Shown here piece after piece: positions 1-11,225 of a stretch of DNA of 64,000 nucleotides. The stretch comes from Octopus vulgaris (Eukaryota). The position numbers were made by a program, and so were the translations under genes. The stretch is from assembly GCA_951406725.2 (NCBI GenBank), contig OX597822.1:33356001-33420000 (forward strand), in the 5' to 3' direction. Numbering within the stretch: position 1 is the stretch's first letter; every line of letters begins with the position of its first letter. The notes under the pieces were generated by a model, which saw only the letters and a program-made list of their open reading frames with translations, ran no database searches and had not been told where the DNA came from.

Positions 1-383
1 GTTGCTCGGTTTGTAAGGGAAATAACTATATAAGCATTTTTAGAGAGTTATAACCAAAAAATAGCAAAAAACTGCATTAAAAATGGGAAAAAAATTATGG
101 TATTTTTTTTAAAAAATCGATGACTCATCGTAGACATTTTTAGAGAGTTACTTCCCTTATATAATAGCGAAAAAAATGCATTAAAATGGAAAAAAAAAAT
201 GGTAATTTTTTTTTTTTTAATCGTAGACTCATCGTAGACGCGCGCTAATACCCAGAAGGGCTCGATATGAATCACGACTATAAGATACCCGCTTTTGGTT
301 AAACTGCACCACAAAATGTGGGAGTAGTTAGGAATCTAAATCGTAGGAGACAGACACACAACCTCTCTTTTATATATAAAGAT
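1..383 (+). mobile_element. Non-autonomous Helitron/Helentron-like element, 5' end cut by the window edge
   Basis: Starts gttgctcggtttgtaagggaaataactata (also seen inverted at 1570-1660). Ends gacagacacacaacctctcttttatatataaagat. No TSD or TIR. Confidence 0.55.
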
Positions 384-884
384 ATTCAAATGGTTATTCA
401 CAATCACATATGGTGCATTTATATGCATACGTATAATCGTGAGTGTTCATATATGTATATATGTAAAGTGTGTCTCATAAGAAACGCACAATTGTGTTTG
501 TGCATAATATCATATATATATATATATTGAATGAACTCATATCATATACGCATTTAATACATACCCATGATATATATTACATATATTGTATAAATGTATC
601 ACATGTATTTTACATATATCTTTAACACACACACACACATATACATATATACACCACCAAACATAATCGATATTTAAACAATATGTTTGTAGGTAGTTGA
701 AAAGTTGCCTGAGAAGCTGATGAGAGGACAATAATTTTCGAAATATAATTGTACACTCATTACCTATTTTTTTATTCTCGATTGCATTGTTTACACGAAC
801 GTATATTTTTACGAAACTTCGTATCATACAGTGACGGCTCTGAAAGCTGCTATCTTGTCAGCAACTAAGTATATGTGTATATAT

Positions 885-1266
885 ACTCTTTTTTTTACTC
901 TTTTACTTGTTTCAGTCATTTGACTGCGGCCATGCTGGAGCACCGCCTTTAGTCGAGCAACTCGACCCCGGGACTTATTCTTTGTAAGCCCAGTACTTAT
1001 TCTATCGGTCTCTTTTGCTGAACCGCTAAGTGACGGGGACATAAACACACCAGCAAACACAGACACACACACACACACGCATATATATATATATACATAT
1101 ATACGACGGGCTTCTTTCAGTTTCCGTCTACCAAATCCACTCACAAGGCTTTGGTTGGCCCAAGGCTATAGTAGAAGACACTTGCCCAAGGTGCCACGCA
1201 GTGGGACTGAACCCGGAACCATGTGGTTGGTAAACAAACTACTTACCACACAGCCACTCCTGCGCC

Positions 1267-1268
<2 letters not shown>
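885..1268 (-). mobile_element. tRNA-derived SINE, family A (full length)
   Basis: Head ggcgcaggagtggctgtgtggtaag...gggttcagtccc carries Pol III A/B boxes. Then ggcaccttgggcaagtg, an internal (TA/CA)n tract, and the tail ggcggtgctccagcatggccgcagtcaaatgactgaaacaagtaaaagag. More than 15 copies or fragments in the window. Confidence 0.88.
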
Positions 1269-1299
<31 letters not shown>

Positions 1300-1312
<13 letters not shown>

Positions 1313-1674
1313 GGCAGTTTGTCTGTCTGCGTGTCTGTGAGGTTGTACCCTCACCCTGACCACGGCTTTCAACCGATTCTGATGAAACTTGACATACACA
1401 TAGCCCAATGTCATAATTCAAAACTAACGTAGCGAAAATTTTTGAAAAGTTCCCCCAGTTCTGAAAAAAATCGATAAATTCGACATGGGGTCGAGAATCA
1501 GAAACACAAACCACAGACTGTCTAGGGGACGCAACTCGACCTTTTTAACTCTCAAAAAAAAAAATTTACCATCATTTTCCCCCCATTTTTTTGCTATTTT
1601 TTGGTTATAACTCTCTAAAAATGCTTTATAGTTATTTCCCCTACAAACCCGAGCAACGCTGGGCGAGACTGCTA

Positions 1675-1676
<2 letters not shown>
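1300..1676 (-). mobile_element. Non-autonomous Helitron/Helentron-like element
   Basis: Minus strand starts actagcagtctcgcccagcgttgctcggg (subterminal hairpin) and ends cagacagacaaactgccgtttatata. The 3' half is near-identical to 60135-60339. Confidence 0.6.
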
Positions 1677-1710
<34 letters not shown>

Positions 1711-2148
1711 ATAACGGTATAAAGTGAGATAAATAACTGCAGAATGATGATAATCTAAATAGATATAGCTTCCTTCCTCTAACACACACACACAGACACG
1801 ACAGAGTTTATAAACGTAATGTTTGTTTTTTACACAAGATCAAAGGGCAAGTTAGACGTTACGCTGTTACCTTTCACTGCTCTTGTCACTGTGACATGCA
1901 CAGAATCAATATTGTTAATCCATAAAACAGAATGAAATGAAAAAAACAACAAAAATTCAAGAAAAAATGACAAGAAAACACCAAAAATTAATTAAGAAAT
2001 TTTCAACAAAGTTGTTTTTATTTTAATAAAAAAGAGGATTTTTTTTTATTATGCTCTGGTCCTTATAAAAGAAGTTGTTCCTGTTGTATTGTGAAGGGTT
2101 TATCGACCCTTAATTTGAAAGAAATGAAAAATATATGTATAGGTAACA

Positions 2149-2179
<31 letters not shown>

Positions 2180-5100
2180 TTCCTTTTCACTGGAAACAAT
2201 ATGTCTTAAAAGAATATGTAGTCGAGTCGATTTCATCATCACCAGTATTAGGTGTATACATGCTTATCGATCCCAGAGGGACAAAAGGCAAAGATGACCT
2301 CGGTGGGATTTGAACTACGATTGTAGAGGTTCAGTGATTAATGTGAGACATTAAATCCAGCGCTCTACGTAATCTATCAATTTGCCACATTTAATAAGAA
2401 TTTTTGTTTTGTAACATGGGCTCAGGGCTACAAATAGGTTAGGGTGGTGTAGAATGGAGGAATAGACGCTTTCTTCAATCACCAGTATTTGACTGATACT
2501 TATTTTTATCGACACCAGAATGGAAAAGGCAAAGTCAACTTGGGCAGGAATTGAACTCAGAACGTAAAAGTGACGGAACAAACACGTTAAGACATGTTTC
2601 CGACTCTCAAACGATTCTGCCAATCTACCGTTTTTTTTATCATAAAAAGTTTTAACATGTACACAAAGCCAGAAGTTTGGAGAAGATGGGGCGGGTTTAG
2701 TCTTGACTAGTACTTTATTTTATCTACCCTTAGAAGAATTAAAAGGGAGAAGTTGACCTCGGCGGGATTTGAACCCATCACTACCTTATAGGCACAATAC
2801 TACGAATTATCAGCCAATTAAATTGGCTGCTTCTTATTTTATTAACACCGGAAGATTTTTTTATTTAGGTAGGGGCAAGTTATTTATGGCAGGATTTAAA
2901 TTCGAAACGTAAAGAGATTTAGCTAAATAGATTAAGTTATTTAATCCAGCGTTCAATGATTTATCAATTCATCTCCCTTTCTTCTTCTAATTTAGGCAGA
3001 GTACCAGTAATTTCCAAGGGATGGGGGTTAATTGATACACTATTGACACCAATGCTAGGCTAGTACTTTATTTTAATGACCCCGAAAGGATGAAAGGCAA
3101 ATCTGTACTTGGCGGGATTTGAACTCAGAATGTAAAGAGCTAAAACAAATATACTACAAGAAATTTTTCCAGATGCTCTAACGATTCTGCCAGCTCGTCA
3201 ACTTCGCCCTCAAACTAATAATAATAATGATCCTTTCTATTATAGGCACAAGGCCTGAAATTTTAGGGGAGGGGGACTAGTCGATTACATCGACCCCAGC
3301 GTTTCACTGGTTCCTAATTTATAGACCCCCGAAAGGATAACAGGCAAAGTCGACCTCGGCACAATTTGAACTCAGAATGTAATGACGGCCGAAAGAAATG
3401 CTTGGCGGTATTTCGCCCGGCGTGCTAACGATTCTGTCAGCTCGCTGCTTAATAATAATAATAATAATAATAATTAATAATTAATTAATAAATGGAGAAA
3501 ATAACATGGTAATGAGGTATTTCAAGCAACTGGCTTTCAAATACTAGAAAATTAAATACTTGTGTGAAAATGGCTTTCTTTATGTGAATTTTTAGCGATT
3601 GGTAATTATTATTATACTTTGATTTAATGGGCTGGTGTCCTCATCTTTATGTGTTTATCTCCGCACTATGCGGTTTGAATGAAGGGTTTGCTTTCGAGAA
3701 TACCGTAAATGCTGCCGAAACAAAACTGCGACAGACACCCACAGAAGGCCGAAGAGTAAAACGAAGCAGTTGAAACACTGCACCTACAACAACCAAGAAG
3801 AGGTCACTCGAAGAATAAATCAACGAATAATAATAATAATAATAATGGTTTGAAATTTTGCCACAAGGGTAGCAATTTTAGGGGAGGAGAAGAATAGATT
3901 ACATCGACCCCAGTGTTCAACTGGTACTTATTTTATCAACCACGAAAGGATGAAAGGCAAAGTCGACTTCGGCGGAACTTTAACTCCGAACGTATAGAAG
4001 GTCGAAATGCCGCTAAGCATTTTTCCTGGTGTTCTAATGATTCTGCCAGCTCGCAGCCTTTTCTTGATGATGATGATAATAATAATAATAATAACAATAA
4101 TAATAAAAATCCTTTCTACTATAGGCACAAGGCCTGAAATTTGGTGGGAGAGGGCCAGTCGATTAGATCGACTCCAGTACGCAACTGGCACTTAATTTAT
4201 CGACCCCGAAAGATGAAAGGCAAAGTCGACCTGGCGGACTTTGAACTCTGAACGTAAAGACGGTCGAAAGGCCGCAAAACTTTTCGCCCGACGTGCTAAC
4301 GATTCTGCTAGCTCGCAGTCGATTTTGTTTGATTTACGTTGGCATACTTTGCTCTCATCTGTGATATTTCGCCCTGGACTATCAATAGTGGTATAAAGTG
4401 AGATAAATAACGGCAAAATGATAATCTAAATAGACATAGCTTCCTTCCTCTAACACACACACGCACGCACACATAGAGGTGACAGGGTTTATAAACGCCC
4501 AAAAGTAATAAATGGTTTCTAATTGAAGAGAAGGAATTAATCGATGCCATCGTCCCCCCTTTTGACTGGTATTTTATTTTATCGATACCCGAAGAATTAA
4601 AAAGCTAAGGGAACTTCAGCAGGATTTGAACTCAGAACATAAAGAGCTGGAACAAAATCCGCAAAGCAATTTTTTTTCGACGCTCTAACGGTTCTACCAG
4701 TTCGCTTCCCTATATATCCAAAAGTAATGATGTGTTCAAATTTTGGCACAAGACCAGCAATTTTGGGACTGGTACTTCTTGTATCGACCCCGAAGGGATG
4801 AAAGGCAAAGTCAACCTGGGCGGAATTTGAACTCAGAACGTAAAGACGGATAAAATGCCGCCAATAATTTTGCCTAGTGCGGTAACGATTCTACTAGCTT
4901 GCTTCCTTGGACAACCAAAAGTAAAACTCTTTCCACAATAGGTACAAGGTCTGAAATTCCAGGGGAGGGGGTTAGTCGATCACGTCGACCCCAGTGCGCA
5001 ACTGGTACTTATTTCATCGACCCGGAAAAGATGAAAGGCAAAGTCAACCTCGGCGGAATTTGAACTCAGAACGTAAAGACCAACGCAAGACCAGAAATTT

Positions 5101-5531
5101 CAGGGTGGAGGCAAGTCGATTATATCAACGACAGAGCTGAACAAGAAATAATGAATGCTTGATGTAAATTGGTCCCTATGATCTAAATGATGAGGCAGAC
5201 CCAAGGGAACGTATTTCACGACCTTTGTGCCGGCTCATCCTAAATACCTGAAAATTTAGTGGTCAATCTAAAACTATCCAAATCTGTATTTTTATATATT
5301 TCTTTATTGCCCACAAGGGGCTAAACATAGAGGGGACAAACAAGGACAGAAAAGGGGATTAAGTCGATTACATCGACCCCAGTGCGTAACTGGTACTTTA
5401 TTTATCGACCCCGAAAGGATGAAAGGCAAAGTCGACCGCGGCGGAATTTGAACTCAGAACGTAGCGACAGACGAAATACTGCTTAGCATTTCGCCCGGCG
5501 TGCTAACGTTTCTGCCAGCTCGCCGCCTTAC
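2180..5531 (-). mobile_element. Cluster of about 12 co-oriented tRNA-derived SINEs, family B (Meta-domain-like core)
   Basis: Repeated tcgaccccgaaaggatgaaaggcaaagtcgacctcggcggaatttgaactcagaacgt...ctgccagctcgcc. Best copies are at 3230-3452, 3845-4062, 4110-4317, 4735-4910 and 5297-5531. Confidence 0.85.
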
Positions 5532-5624
5532 CACATCTGTATTTTTATAATGTAAGGTAAGATATTGTGTTTTAGAAAAGCACATAGAAATGATGTTGTT
5601 ATAAAATACTATAAACTGTATTAC

Positions 5625-6309
5625 ACGAAATATGTTAAATATATGTTCTGTATATTTACAATCATATTAGCCTATGTACATGAAAATGAAATGAGATATG
5701 CAAGGGATGGATAAGCAACGAATTAACCTATGTACAATTTCCATACCGTTGCTTGACTTGCTAACAATAGCAGTCATGTTTCTAATGCTGGTGTTGCTAC
5801 TGCTTTTGGGTACCGTAGTTCTTCGTATACAAAATATGCTGGGATAATGCACTTTGAATGTGGTTTTATTAAACACACTAAATATATGTCTGCTGTCGAT
5901 AGACAGAGAAAATGGTATGAAAACCCATACTCTCGGTAAAGGAAGGGCAATATTCTAATGCTGGTGTTGCTACTGCTTTTGAGCTCCGTTTTCCTCTAGA
6001 TAAGCAAGACTTATGATCAAAGGTATTCCACTGATGACTAACCACTATTTTGTATACGAAGAACTATGGTCCTCAATGTAATGTTCTGTTTCTTTTCTTT
6101 TCTTTTTAATATGTGTGCGATCTGTGAGAAACATGACCGCTATTTTTAGCAAGTCGAGCAACGGTATGGAAATTGTACGTAAGTTAACTAGTTGCTTGTC
6201 CATTTGAATTCTGAATGATATTCTATATCATATCTCATTTCATTTTCATGTACATAGGCTAATATGATTGTGTGTAAATATACAGAACATATATTTAACA
6301 TATTTCGTA
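5625..6309. repeat. Interrupted inverted duplication (arms about 5625-5783 and 6127-6309)
   Basis: cgaaatatgttaaatatatgttctgtatatttaca..atcatattagcctatgtacatgaaaatgaaatgagatatg is found reverse-complemented at 6229-6309. gtacaatttccataccgttgcttgacttgcta is found reverse-complemented at about 6147-6178. Confidence 0.85.
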
Positions 6310-6322
6310 TAAAACACATTAA

Positions 6323-6680
6323 AATGGAAGTCTGTCGGGGTTCGACAATGACGTCAGTAACGCCGGAGTTGGGAGCGAAACCCAAAGGCGGACGCACAGA
6401 CGCGGCCACATGTTGGACACGTAACAGCAGAAATAAGGCTGGGGATCCTCTCTTTTCGGGCTTGTCACTTCTGGTCCAGGCTCTTTTCCTCGAACAGCCT
6501 AAGACCGTTTTGGACAGCTGGACGCCAGGCGCCGCGGTCAGAGGCAAGCGGTTCCCATCCACGGGCTGAAATGCCGCAGGACTCAAGTGAAGTTTTCAGG
6601 CTGTCCTTGTATCGCCTCAGTGACCTTCCAGGGTTTCTTGCTCCAGAAGCCAACCCAGAGAAGAAGATCATCTTTGGTAC
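6323..6680 (-). mobile_element. RTE-clade LINE 3' end (5'-truncated, decayed)
   Basis: Translates VPKMIFFSGLASGARNPGRSLRRYKDSLKTSLESCGISARGWEPLASDRGAWR...*...VTCPTCGRVCASAFGFRSQLRRY*. This is a typical RTE ORF C-terminus with a terminal zinc-finger remnant and an in-frame stop. Confidence 0.85.
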
Positions 6681-7066
6681 ATAATACACAAAACACACAC
6701 ATATATCAAATATGTAAAATAAATAATACATAACATCTATTTATATTTATATATATACACACAAACACATATAACATTGTGTAATCTATGCAACAAACAT
6801 TACGGACACCCACATCGAATTTGACACTTGTTGAATTAGCTTATGAAATGGCCGAGTATTCCAAGCACACAATTCTCGGGTAGAATCAACGTGACGCAAG
6901 CTTGACAAGACTAAAAGTATAGTTTATTCGACAGGTTTCCGGGTAGCTTCAGTCTACCCGTATTCACTCGCGAGGCTTAGTTTAACAAGAGGTTATGGTT
7001 AATGTACTTACCCAAGATAACAATGGGAGCCTGGGCCCACTTTTTACCCAGCCACTCATTCCTGCT

Positions 7067-7102
<36 letters not shown>

Positions 7103-7106
<4 letters not shown>

Positions 7107-7520
7107 CATGCTTGTGTTATAAGAAATCTGTTTCTCAAGCAATTGGCTTCGGGTTCAGTCCCACTGTGTGACACCTTGGGCAAGTGCCTCGCCCCGTGCC
7201 GACCAAAGCCTTGTGAATGGATATGGTAGATTGAATCTGAAAGAACTCCATCGTGTGTGTGTGTGTCTGTATGTGTGTGTTTGTATGCATATGAATGTGT
7301 GATAACGTCTCAGTGTCTGTCGCACCACCGCTTGACAATCGGTGTTGGTTTGTTTACGTCCTTGTAACTTAGCGGCTTTGTAAAAAAGACCGATAGACTA
7401 AGTAAATAGACTTTAAAAATAATTATTATGGTTGATCTGTTCGACTAAAACCCTTCAAGGCGCTGCCCCATCATGGCCGCAATCCAATGACTGAAATGAG
7501 TAACACAAAGGATTAAAGAT
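7103..7520 (+). mobile_element. SINE family A, diverged
   Basis: gggttcagtcccactgtgtgacaccttgggcaagtg...atggccgcaatccaatgactgaaa. Confidence 0.8.
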
Positions 7521-9754
7521 AAATATTCTATAACCGAAGTTATAAAAGTCAATAGATGGGTTTGGATAAGGAAAGCAAAGCAGTAGTTTGTGAAACGGAT
7601 CGACTTCAGCCAGATCGACTCGATGTGGATTCTGATACTGAAAGACCCGAAGCCCCTGAAAAACCATCAAAACATCACTGATGAAGCACCCCAGAGCACC
7701 AGCGAGATGTATTTTGGAACAATACATAATGTGTTTAATGCATACATACACATGGTGAATGTTTCCTCTTCCAGCTGTATCTCTCTCTCACTCTTTCTCA
7801 GTTCATTACATTTTTCTACTTAATTATTTAGGATTATCATTGCTGTCTTCATAATAGACATGTGACAGGACAAGCGTTGTCTAAGGTAAAAAAAAAATAC
7901 CATGATATGTTTATAAAAAATAATACTTAAAAAATATTCTATGCAGAAATTTCCCTTCTGGAGTGGAGTGCGGACTTTAGTTAACCCACCATAGAGGAAT
8001 TTGAAGGTTCAGATAAAGAATTTCTTTCAAGTTAACTATTCGTTTAATTCTCATGATACGCACATCTTTGGTTCTAAATTTACTACTCTTGGTATAAAAC
8101 AGTTCTAACATTAAATTTATACGGTTTCTAATTTAGGTACAAAGCCAGTAGTTTTGAGCAGAGAATGCTTTTAGTGGATACCATCGACTCCAGTACTTGG
8201 TTGGTATTTTATTCTACCGACCCCGACAAGATGAAAAGCAAAGATGAGCTCGTCGGCGGGATTTGAAACCAGAACGTAAAGGAATCGCAGGAAATCCCCT
8301 ATGGCATTTTGTTCGACACTCTAACCATTCTGGCAGTTAACCTGTCCGCGAGATTATAATATAAATAATTTTTCTTATCATATATGTATAGGGTAGAACT
8401 GGGTTGGTGAATAAGGAACCGTAAATAAAAACGGTTTTCTTAACATTGTTATAAAACAACGAATCCTGCTCGGTTCAATCCTCATTCAAAGCTAGTAAAA
8501 AGTAAAATACCGCACTGGGTCCTAACATTTTCAAATTTTAACACAAGGCCGACGAGTTCGGACATAAATCGATTAAATCGAGCGGAGTCCTCAACTGGTA
8601 GTTGTTTAATCGATCCGGAAAAAAATGAAAAGGATAGCCGACCTTGGAGGAATTTGAACTCAAAACGTAAAGACGGATGAAAACGATTCTACCAGCTCAC
8701 GGCCTTCCTAGGTCTTAATGTTGCGGCGAGACTGAATACTTGTGGTCTTGAGACAAACGGAAGAATGAACGAGATCATCTATGTTAGACCGACTGATGAA
8801 GATTACGACAAAAATGGTTGCGTCACGTATATAATAAAGACGGAAGCCTCGTTGTGGATGTACAAAGCTGGAGGTTAGCACAGTATACATTCTGGCTCTC
8901 TACTGTCTCTGTTCAAATCCCGCAGGGGGTAACTTTGCTTTTATCCTTTCATATTAATTTATTCAACTATCCAACTATTTGTCTATTTATTCGTTTCATT
9001 TACACATCTCTCTAATGATTTATGGATAGAAATAATTGTTGGAATGTTTATTTACGAACTCAATTTACATTTTAATGAGAAGATGTAAATAATCATAAAG
9101 AGATGACGATGAGAACGATGAAGATGATGATGAAGGGGAGGAGGAAGAGGATTTTAAAGAAATCCTGAAAGATGAATATAAAATTAAATTATAATACAAA
9201 TAAAATTAAAAGCAAAGTTCGCAATTTTAAAACATTTTTCTTTCTTTTTCATTTCGATTTTTTTTTTAATTAAGAAAAATTGGAATGTTGTCTATCGATA
9301 TATTTTGATTGATTTTTGACTAGGTAGGAACAAGGTCACCATTACGTAAGTAAAAAAGCAGATAGATGATTGAATTGACACCAATATGCAACCGGTATTT
9401 GTTTCAAGACCCACTCCATCTTTTTTCATACTTCCCAAGGGATAAAAGTCAACTTCATCGTAATTTTAAATCTAGAAATGACAGTCTCTTTATTAAATTG
9501 TGTTCTAATGTTCATTAATCAAAGATCGAAGGCATCCGAGCCATGACCATCCAGCCAGCAGCTTAATTTCCAACATAAGATATTAGAGTCCTAGATGCAC
9601 TAAGCAGCTTTCCATTTTTAAAGACGTTTCGATTTAGTCCCTTGGCCACCTTTGATCAAAACGAAGGTGTTCCAGCAGTGATCACCCCTCATCAATCATG
9701 TATATCAGAGATTAATTATTCAATATACCCTTTTTATTTAAGATGAGGATAAAG

Positions 9755-10088
9755 AGTAAAGACCCCCTCGGTCATGAACGACCATGGGATTGCACCTAGA
9801 AAGTTTCCCTTCGAGGTAAAAATCTGAGCAAGGTTGCTTATGGAAGACCAACAGTCGCCCATGCATACCAGCTTCTCCTCTTCACGCCACTGATGTTATC
9901 CAAAGCAAAGACAATGGCCGACACAGCTTGGCACCAGTGACGTCGCAACTCATTTCTACAGCTGAGCGAACTGGAGCAACGTGAAATAAAGTGTCTTGCT
10001 CAAGAACCCAACACACAGCTCCATCCAAGAATTGAACACACTACTTCATGGTGAGCTCGACACTAACCACTGAGCCATGTGCCTTCAC
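9755..10088 (-). mobile_element. tRNA-derived CORE-type SINE, family C
   Basis: Minus strand head gaaggcacatggctcagtggttag and core ttcttgagcaagacactttatttcacgttgctccagt. Full-length match to 30182-30517. Confidence 0.8.
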
Positions 10089-10675
10089 ATTTAAGATAGT
10101 AAGGCCTGATTTAAAGCCGATTTGGTTGTTAGTTTTAGTAAATCAAACAACTACATACAGGCAAAAATCTGAACTTTACTGGCTGGATATTTCTAGAAAT
10201 AACACATGACTGGAACCCTTTATAATAATTGTTCACTTTAGAATGCTCTGTCTCTGTAAAACCAGGAATCATTCCTAGATTTTGATCAGGTTAAGTTAAC
10301 CATGTAAAATTTAAAACTTAAGTTTTAAATGGCCACAGACATGATAGAAGTGTCACAGATCTCTTCAGCTGGTAGACTAACAGCCTATCAACTTACTCCA
10401 CTGTCTTAACGACCTCGCAAATGGCAGGTGAGTTTTCATACAGATTCATTAAGAGACGAATTAGTAACTAAAACAGCCTTGACTAATGCTCTCAAAAGTA
10501 ATCTTTATAACCATGTTCGATATTGAAAGAATTCAGTATCTTCTAACAAATGCATGCTTACGCAACAAGAAAGTGAGTCGAAGTTTGAAAATGAAATACT
10601 ACAGGGAATGACTCAAATCGCTTACATGTTATTGCAAGGTTTGTGTATGTGTATATGTGGTGTGTGTGTATGCAC

Positions 10676-10676
10676 A

Positions 10677-10730
<54 letters not shown>

Positions 10731-11225
10731 ACTATATACATATATAAACACTATATATATATATATAAACACTATATACATATATATAAACACTATATAC
10801 ATATATATAAACACTATATACATATATATATATAAACACTATATACATATATATATATAAACACTATATACATATATATATATATAAACACTATATACAT
10901 ATATATATATATAAACACTATATACATATATATATATAAACACTATATACATATATATATATATAAACACTATATACATAATATATATATATAAACACTA
11001 TATACATATATATATATATATATAAACACTATATACATATATATATATATATACACTATATACATATATATATATATATATATAAACACTATATACATAT
11101 ATATATATATATAAACACTATATACATATATATATATATATATAAACACTATATACATATATATATAAACACTATATACATATATATATAAACACTATAT
11201 ACATATATATATATATATATATACA
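10676..11225. repeat. Compound minisatellite (aaacactatatac(at)n), units of about 20-30 bp
   Basis: About 20 tandem units whose (AT)n length varies. Confidence 0.95.

Noticed and set aside
8790-8840. Hammerhead motif starting ctgatgaag
   Set aside because: No GAAA box or closing stems follow.
10350-10433. Plus-strand exon ending in a strong donor cag|gtgagt
   Set aside because: Stops in all three frames shortly upstream, and no partner exon was found.
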